Assembly (NCBI GenBank): GCA_048886685.1
Contig: JBHLKM010000001.1
Span: forward strand, 224,001 to 288,000
Direction of reading: 5' to 3'
DNA length: 64,000 bases
DNA from: Candidatus Hodarchaeota archaeon
Lineage (GTDB): Archaea > Asgardarchaeota > Lokiarchaeia > Sigyniarchaeales > SOKP01
The position numbers and the translations under genes are program-made. Positions 58,295 through 64,000 of this stretch are shown piece by piece (positions within the stretch are counted from its first letter, which is position 1; each line of letters opens with the position of its first letter). The notes under the pieces were generated by a model. That model made no database searches and had not been told where the DNA came from. It saw only the letters and a list, made by a program, of their open reading frames with translations.

Positions 58295-59402
58295 ATCCGT
58301 GCAAAAATTTATAATATGTATTTTCAAGTTTTTGCCCTACTGAATCCCATGAATATCTTTTTATAAATTTTTGAGCTTTTTCTATTAGTGCTTCTCTTTT
58401 TGAATCATTTTTCAATAAACTAACAATTTCTTCAGCTAATTTTTTGGAATTCCTTGGAGGTACAAAGATAGCATTATCTTGTAAGACTTCCTTATAAGCT
58501 ATCATAGATGAGCAAATTACAGGAGTTCCACACGCAATTGCTTCGATTGGAGTTAAACCAAATCCTTCTGAAGCATAAGAATAGGTTACAAAAATATCTC
58601 CCATTGAATAATAAATTGGAATTTCTTTTTCAGATACAAATCCTACAAAATGAATATCTTTGTATTTTTTTTTCCATTCCTGGTAGATCTTTTCCATATA
58701 AAAATCCGGTTTTCCTCCCATTACTAAATTGAGGTTTGGAATCTCTCTTTTAGCAATCTTATAAGCCTTTATAATATCATCAACCCCTTTATATTTAGCT
58801 ATTCGCCCTATATATAAAATTATTGGGCCATCGATTTGCAATTGCTGTTTTAATTTTTTTGCTTCTACTGGATATGGTTTATATTTATCTTCTATTGCTG
58901 AATAGAGGTTAGTGATGGCATTAATATCGACTTTTGGAATGTAATATTTAATCTCTTTTCTTATAAATTCAGAACAAGTTGTAATATGTGTTGATCTCTC
59001 AACAGCAATTTTAATCATAAATTTTTCAATTGGAATCCTTGTAAAGCTAGTTTCAAATGGTCCTAAATCATGAATTGTTGATATAAATCGTTTTTGATTT
59101 GATAATATAATTGGTAATACTCCTTTTGGACTATTTCCATGTATAACATCAAATTTTTGTGTTCTTAGGTATTTGATTGTGCTAAGATTAAATTGAGGAA
59201 ACCATAAAAATCGTTTTCTAATTAAATCTAGCTGAACGATATTAGGATCTGAGAGTTCAAGGTTCCACTTTCCTGTTATAACTTTAACATTATGACCTTG
59301 ATTTTTTAAGTAATTATAGATTCCGTTGAAGAATTTTGCTGCCCCATCTTGAGTATCCGGGGCAAATGTTAAAGAAACAAGACAGATATTTAACCGTTCC
59401 AT
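58293..59402 (-). CDS. Glycosyltransferase family 4
   Basis: TIHD, YIGRI...KG, EGFGLTPIEAIACGTPVI. Confidence 0.92.
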   Translation of the reverse strand: MERLNICLVSLTFAPDTQDGAAKFFNGIYNYLKNQGHNVKVITGKWNLELSDPNIVQLDLIRKRFLWFPQFNLSTIKYLRTQKFDVIHGNSPKGVLPIILSNQKRFISTIHDLGPFETSFTRIPIEKFMIKIAVERSTHITTCSEFIRKEIKYYIPKVDINAITNLYSAIEDKYKPYPVEAKKLKQQLQIDGPIILYIGRIAKYKGVDDIIKAYKIAKREIPNLNLVMGGKPDFYMEKIYQEWKKKYKDIHFVGFVSEKEIPIYYSMGDIFVTYSYASEGFGLTPIEAIACGTPVICSSMIAYKEVLQDNAIFVPPRNSKKLAEEIVSLLKNDSKREALIEKAQKFIKRYSWDSVGQKLENTYYKFLHG

Positions 59403-59445
59403 AATTAATTTAAAAAATTTATATTTACTAAAAGATCGAATATTA

Positions 59446-60423
59446 TTAAGTTAGTTGTTCATATCCATTTTCCGTAACTATTATTGTTTCCTCCGATTGA
59501 GCTACGAACACTCCTTTCTTTTCTGCTAATACAAAATGAGCCTGCAATTTTCCTTGTTGGACTAACTCTTGAAGTCCAAATGCTACACCCATTCTAAATT
59601 CTTTAGCTAACCATCTTTCGGCAAATGGTAATGTTTTATAATTTTTATTCACATAACCTAATAGTTGCTTGGAAGCCTTTCTACGTAATGGAACTCTTCC
59701 AGAATATGGATTCAACTCATATATATGTGAATATTGTGTATTATGAACTGATCCTTCACCTGTACTTGCGAATATTTCTATTGAGAAGACTTCACCTTCC
59801 TCCATAATATCTCCTCCTTGAGAACCCAATTCAGGTAATTGTTTTTTTCCATGAACAGTCCACCTCTCAATTTGATGCCCACCAAGCTCCTTTATTGGGT
59901 TATATTTAAATCCCCTCACAATATCTTCAATTTTTTTACCCAAATCTTTTGTATTTACCTTTGGTTTTACCATCATTTTTGCCCCATTAAGAGCAACCTC
60001 TGTAGCTTGGATAATATTTTCAAGAGATTCATCTTCATTGAAATTAACCGTAAATGCAGTATCTACAATGTACCCTTCTACATGTACTCCTAAATCAATT
60101 TTCACCAAATCCCCTTCACTAATTATTAAATTATCATCTTTTAAGGGGGAAGTGTAATGAGCGGCTATATTATTTATACATAAGTTTACTGGAAATGCAC
60201 ACAACCCTCCTAGTTCTTCAATTTTTACCTCAGTCATAGAAACAATTTCCAATGCACTTGTTCCAAGTTTGATTTTTGGTTTAATATACTCCTTAACTTC
60301 TTTAGCTATTTTTCCCGCCTTTCTAAGAGATTCATTTTTAATTCTTTCTTCTTCTTCTTTTTCTAACTCTTCCTTGCTCTTTTCTTCTTGAGTTTCATTA
60401 TTTGACTTTTGATTCTCGGTCAT
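59446..60423 (-). CDS. map: Methionine aminopeptidase type II
   Basis: AFPVN, AAHYT, KIDLGVHVEGYIVDTA, LGGH, IE.FAS, AQSE.T. Confidence 0.95.
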   Translation of the reverse strand: MTENQKSNNETQEEKSKEELEKEEEERIKNESLRKAGKIAKEVKEYIKPKIKLGTSALEIVSMTEVKIEELGGLCAFPVNLCINNIAAHYTSPLKDDNLIISEGDLVKIDLGVHVEGYIVDTAFTVNFNEDESLENIIQATEVALNGAKMMVKPKVNTKDLGKKIEDIVRGFKYNPIKELGGHQIERWTVHGKKQLPELGSQGGDIMEEGEVFSIEIFASTGEGSVHNTQYSHIYELNPYSGRVPLRRKASKQLLGYVNKNYKTLPFAERWLAKEFRMGVAFGLQELVQQGKLQAHFVLAEKKGVFVAQSEETIIVTENGYEQLT

Positions 60424-60582
60424 TAAAATTACTAATGTGGATTTTGATAAAAATATTTTTTAAATAAGTATTAACTTTAATATTAAAGTTAACATTAAAA
60501 TTGGATCAAAAATAAAAATAGTTTTATAATATAATTTTATTATTAGAATATTATATATCTACTTATTCATGTTGATTTATCT

Positions 60583-60954
60583 TTGAGTGAAAATATCGCT
60601 GAACTCACTGACTTATTACGCCAAATGGAAGCTGTAAATCCTGATATTCAGGGCTCAGCTATCGTGAGTGTTCAAGGGCTTCCAATATGTTCTGCGCTTG
60701 CAAGGGATGTAAATGATGGCATAGTTTCAGCGATGAGTGCTGCTATTTTAAGCGTCTCTGAACGCGCTGTAGAAGAGCTTGCTAGAGGAGATTTAAAGCG
60801 GATACTAATAGAGGGTTTAGATGGCATTATAATATTATCTAAAGCCGGGGAAAACGCTATTTTATGCACTCTCGCGAAAAGCGACGCTTCTTTAGGCATG
60901 GTTTTCCTAAATATTCAAAGTGTCTCAAATAAAATTGCTGATTTATTAGATTAA
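60583..60954 (+). CDS. Roadblock/LC7 domain protein
   Basis: IQGSAIVSVQGLPICS, VSAMSAAILSVSERAVEELARG.L..ILIEG..G, LGMVF. Confidence 0.92.
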   Translation: MSENIAELTDLLRQMEAVNPDIQGSAIVSVQGLPICSALARDVNDGIVSAMSAAILSVSERAVEELARGDLKRILIEGLDGIIILSKAGENAILCTLAKSDASLGMVFLNIQSVSNKIADLLD

Positions 60955-60984
60955 ATTCTAAATTATTTCCTACTTGTTCATTTT

Positions 60985-62340
60985 ATGAAGCGTTCAGATG
61001 AATTGTATGAGCGTGAAGAAAAATATTACAATCAATTAGCTCAATGTTTAGAGAGTGGTAATTTAATCCATTTTACAAAGTTATTAAATGACTCTATTGA
61101 TAAAGATATCTTTATTGACGTAAGCAAAATTCCTAAAAGATTTGAATTAATTTCTCAATTGCTTTTAGGTTGCGTTGAAAGAGTTTCAGCGGGTAATATC
61201 TCAGAATTAGGAAAGCAAATTGACATTTTAAGATTTTGTAATGAAAATGGTTTGTTGGAGAAAGAATTAACTGAATATGAGCAGAATTCAGTCAAAAAAA
61301 TCAAAAAAGAAAAATTATTTATAGCCAACTTAATTGATTTGTTTGGTAGAATCACAGATTCTTTTATTTCTTACATTTACTTAGGATTACCTCGAGATCT
61401 CTACAACTATTTTATGAGAAGACAAAATTTCACTGATAGAGAGGAATTTTTGTACTATATAAAGAATTATTTTTTCAATAACTATAGTATATATGGACTT
61501 GTTGTCAAAAATTTAGGTTCCATTAAACATTTCATTGATACATTTAATAAGTATTATGAACTGAACCCAGCTGAAAATAATGAGAAATTTATTGAATTTA
61601 GTATTATCTATCGAACATTTTTTTTTGGTGATGAGGAAGAACATGAATATCGTAATGTTAAAAAACATCTTGTTTCCCCAGAAAATATTTTAAAAAATGT
61701 AGAAAATATCTTAGCAAAAAATAATTATAACTTTTATAGTCTCTCTATGGTTCTTCTAGGGGGATTAGGGCCACAAGGCTTAGGTTTTACTTATTCCACT
61801 CCTAAAGGTGAAATTATTGAAATTTGTTCAGATCAGAAAGAAACTGAAGCAATTATTATAGAATTCAAACAATTTCAGAAAAGAAAATTTCTTAGTAAGT
61901 TAGAAAAAGAACTGACTAACCTTGAAATTTACATCAATAATAAAGACGCTATAATCAATTATTTATCAGATATTCTAGATCCTAATAAATTAGTTAATTA
62001 CCATCATAAGGATTTAATTTTAGGAAATATCAAGAAATATTTGTATCAATTTGATGAATTTCGGCATCAAAATAGACCTGATTTAGAAAATCTATTGATA
62101 AAAATATCTCATGCTATTTCAATAATACTTAGAACAATTAAGCTAAAGGATCAATTCATTACTCGTATGGATTTAGTTTCACAAGACAAAATAAAATCGG
62201 AAGACATCGCAAAGTTAACGAGCCTTAAAGGAAAATCACACTATGATGTTCTACGAGAAAGATTCTTCTTTCAATATATTGTTGATTGGTTTTATCAAAT
62301 ATACCAAGATGAGAAAAGTAAATATAAAAAAGAGTTTTAA
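60985..62340 (+). CDS. Hypothetical protein
   Basis: Long ORF 30 nt downstream of the roadblock gene; Gly-rich core LGGLGPQGLGFTYSTPKGE; no family recognised. Confidence 0.7.
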   Translation: MKRSDELYEREEKYYNQLAQCLESGNLIHFTKLLNDSIDKDIFIDVSKIPKRFELISQLLLGCVERVSAGNISELGKQIDILRFCNENGLLEKELTEYEQNSVKKIKKEKLFIANLIDLFGRITDSFISYIYLGLPRDLYNYFMRRQNFTDREEFLYYIKNYFFNNYSIYGLVVKNLGSIKHFIDTFNKYYELNPAENNEKFIEFSIIYRTFFFGDEEEHEYRNVKKHLVSPENILKNVENILAKNNYNFYSLSMVLLGGLGPQGLGFTYSTPKGEIIEICSDQKETEAIIIEFKQFQKRKFLSKLEKELTNLEIYINNKDAIINYLSDILDPNKLVNYHHKDLILGNIKKYLYQFDEFRHQNRPDLENLLIKISHAISIILRTIKLKDQFITRMDLVSQDKIKSEDIAKLTSLKGKSHYDVLRERFFFQYIVDWFYQIYQDEKSKYKKEF

Positions 62341-62344
62341 AATT

Positions 62345-63814
62345 CTATTTTCGAATTTCTTCGATTTGATCAAATATATTATCAAATCTCTCCCTTATAG
62401 AACCGTATAAACCTTCTTCTTCAGAGACCACCGAATTGATTGCTGTTTTTAATCCATAATGACTTTCAGAGATCAGAACTCTAATTGGTAATGTAAGGAT
62501 ATCATTTACTATCATCAAGATTTCTTGTATTATGTTAATAACTTGAGGTACTCTTTCACGGGTTTTATCAATTGGTGTAGTCTCGGAGGGAATTAAACCA
62601 TTCTCTCTTTCTTTCTTTAATTCTTCCCAAACATTTTCTTTTAATTCGGAAAACTCAATACCCAAATTTTCAAGAGCCATCTGAGCACCTTCAAATAGAA
62701 AATTTATTGTATCTCTTCCTGTAAATTGTCTTACATTATCGACCATCTCTGGAGGTGCTAAACCCTCCAGAAAATTGACTAATAATTCATTGTAGTCTCG
62801 GATTACATCTAATGGAATAAACAGTAATGTCATTTCTTTTAGTTGTCTAAATATATATCCAAAAACCTTTGCAAACCATTCGTTCTTGAGAGATTTTTCT
62901 AACAAACCACCATACTCATTTAAAAGATGAATCCCTAGATAACCAATAATCTTGATCATATCATCCTCATAATTTCTAAAATAATCAAAAAAATGGTCAG
63001 GTTCCATATTTAATTTATCTCGTATTATATCAGCAACTTTTTCCTTTATGGTTTCTAATGGTTCATCAAGATATTCTTCTAATTTATCAATAGATATAAC
63101 ATCTTGGAGCTTGTCTATAATATCAAGCTTAGTTTCTTGAACTATGTCTTCTTCTAAATCTTCGCCAAAAATTACTTTTAGGGCTTTTCTTTCTTTACTT
63201 CTTAAATCCGTAATTTGTTCCCATTCTTTATAGTCATGGATTTTACAGATAAATTGTAGACATTCTCCCCCTTTGGCGATACAATCTTGCTCGATTATTT
63301 GAATCCGATAATCATTCCTCTTTATTTTTAATATAAAATTAGCGACACTTTCCAGCATTCCACATAACCCACAGGCTAATCCTTCAGTTTCTTTATCTTT
63401 CAATTTATTGAAATCGAATGTATCTTCACTATCTTGACCATGACCGGCACAAATTGGGCACTTACTGATTTTTAATATGTAATCATTATATTTTGAATCT
63501 TCTTTAGGAATTTCTTCATAAGTATAATCGTCTAATTCTCTTCCAAATACTACAACCCAAAGAATTTCGAAATAATCCAAAACTTTTTTAGGAGATCCGG
63601 GCATAAATTTAAAAATGTTAGAATGACGCTCACATGATTCATAAGCAGCTCTTTTTCCAATTTCTCTAAGAATTATAAGACTTTCTTCTTCATTTTTAGT
63701 TACCTCATTGATCTCCTTAAGGATTTCCCTGTAAAGTAATGTGTAGAATAATGCATTAGTAGAACGACCAAAAATTTTCGTAATTTTCTTCATTAACCAT
63801 TGAAAAGCACCCAT
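62345..63814 (-). CDS. V4R (Bet3/TRAPP-related fold) domain protein with a long helical C-terminal region
   Basis: LREIGKRAA, CPIC, ACGLCGMLE, EQDCIAKGGECLQF. Confidence 0.7.
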   Translation of the reverse strand: MGAFQWLMKKITKIFGRSTNALFYTLLYREILKEINEVTKNEEESLIILREIGKRAAYESCERHSNIFKFMPGSPKKVLDYFEILWVVVFGRELDDYTYEEIPKEDSKYNDYILKISKCPICAGHGQDSEDTFDFNKLKDKETEGLACGLCGMLESVANFILKIKRNDYRIQIIEQDCIAKGGECLQFICKIHDYKEWEQITDLRSKERKALKVIFGEDLEEDIVQETKLDIIDKLQDVISIDKLEEYLDEPLETIKEKVADIIRDKLNMEPDHFFDYFRNYEDDMIKIIGYLGIHLLNEYGGLLEKSLKNEWFAKVFGYIFRQLKEMTLLFIPLDVIRDYNELLVNFLEGLAPPEMVDNVRQFTGRDTINFLFEGAQMALENLGIEFSELKENVWEELKKERENGLIPSETTPIDKTRERVPQVINIIQEILMIVNDILTLPIRVLISESHYGLKTAINSVVSEEEGLYGSIRERFDNIFDQIEEIRK

Positions 63815-63816
63815 TT

Positions 63817-64000
63817 TTAGCCTCTCCTCCCTATTTTATATTTATAAACTTGAATACATGTTTTATTTCCATAGGCTCGAGACTCGATGACCTCTTGCGG
63901 TTTAAAAACCAAAGAAGATATACCTTTAGATTCTCTGCTTATATGAGAAATAATTTCTGAAACCATCCCTAATATAATCTCACATCCCGCTATTTCTATC
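63817..64000 (-). CDS. Partial CDS (C-terminus), V4R-like; begins outside the window
   Basis: Open frame IEIAGCEIILGMVSEII...IESRAYGNKTCIQVY ending at TAA 63817, 2 nt before the next ATG; C....G and ES.A.G...C are V4R-type motifs. Confidence 0.65.
   Translation of the reverse strand, partial: IEIAGCEIILGMVSEIISHISRESKGISSLVFKPQEVIESRAYGNKTCIQVYKYKIGRRG

Noticed and set aside
236-61355. Numerous short ORFs (60-174 aa) in the supplied track that overlap longer genes, e.g. 236-460, 9101-9370, 13273-13629, 45547-45897, 52279-52803
   Set aside because: They lie antisense to, or out of frame within, well-supported genes and show no recognisable motifs; shadow ORFs
1126-64000. Selenoprotein genes (in-frame UGA) or SECIS elements, expected because selB is present
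   Set aside because: No TGA-terminated ORF I examined continues into a recognisable domain; the TGA before rps14 is part of the SD; no hairpin with a correct SECIS core and helix length was found by eye
1-64000. CRISPR arrays, rRNA genes, transposases, integrases
   Set aside because: No regularly spaced repeats, no long GC-rich structural RNA and no transposase/integrase motifs were seen

Overview
AT-rich archaeal chromosomal segment whose gene content points to an Asgard archaeon, most likely Lokiarchaeia (inference). The supporting genes are a eukaryote-like SelB/eEFSec, two Roadblock/LC7 genes, ribophorin-I and OSTC/DC2-like oligosaccharyltransferase subunits, V4R proteins and archaeal-type ribosomal proteins. 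The window holds the uS19-to-uL15 ribosomal protein cluster with Rpp29, cut off from uL3/uL4/uL23/uL2 upstream and from secY downstream. It also has an oligopeptide ABC transporter operon, RNA-modification genes (rlmE, trm1, tlyA, trm112), two RadA/RadB paralogues and a TFE-beta/RPC34-like gene. A membrane-biogenesis/N-glycosylation neighbourhood comprises Sec61-beta, ribophorin I, DPAGT1/AglH, a UbiA-type polyprenyl phosphoribosyltransferase, an M48 protease and glycosyltransferases. Features missing from the supplied ORF track but readable in the sequence: (i) tRNA-Gln(UUG) with a 29-nt T-loop intron in a complete bulge-helix-bulge; (ii) uS14, which has no ATG/GTG/TTG start and appears to start at ATT; (iii) a 50-aa tail-anchored protein where secY normally sits; (iv) partial genes at both window ends. 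The most interesting candidates are a dispersed proto-ER toolkit (DPM2-like, OSTC-like, RPN1, Sec61-beta, DPAGT1), a 960-aa double-anchored repeat glycoprotein, a GATase-like/C4HC3-RING fusion and a Roadblock-V4R cluster. No CRISPR array, rRNA or intact mobile element was seen. All family assignments come from motif recognition, not database searches.
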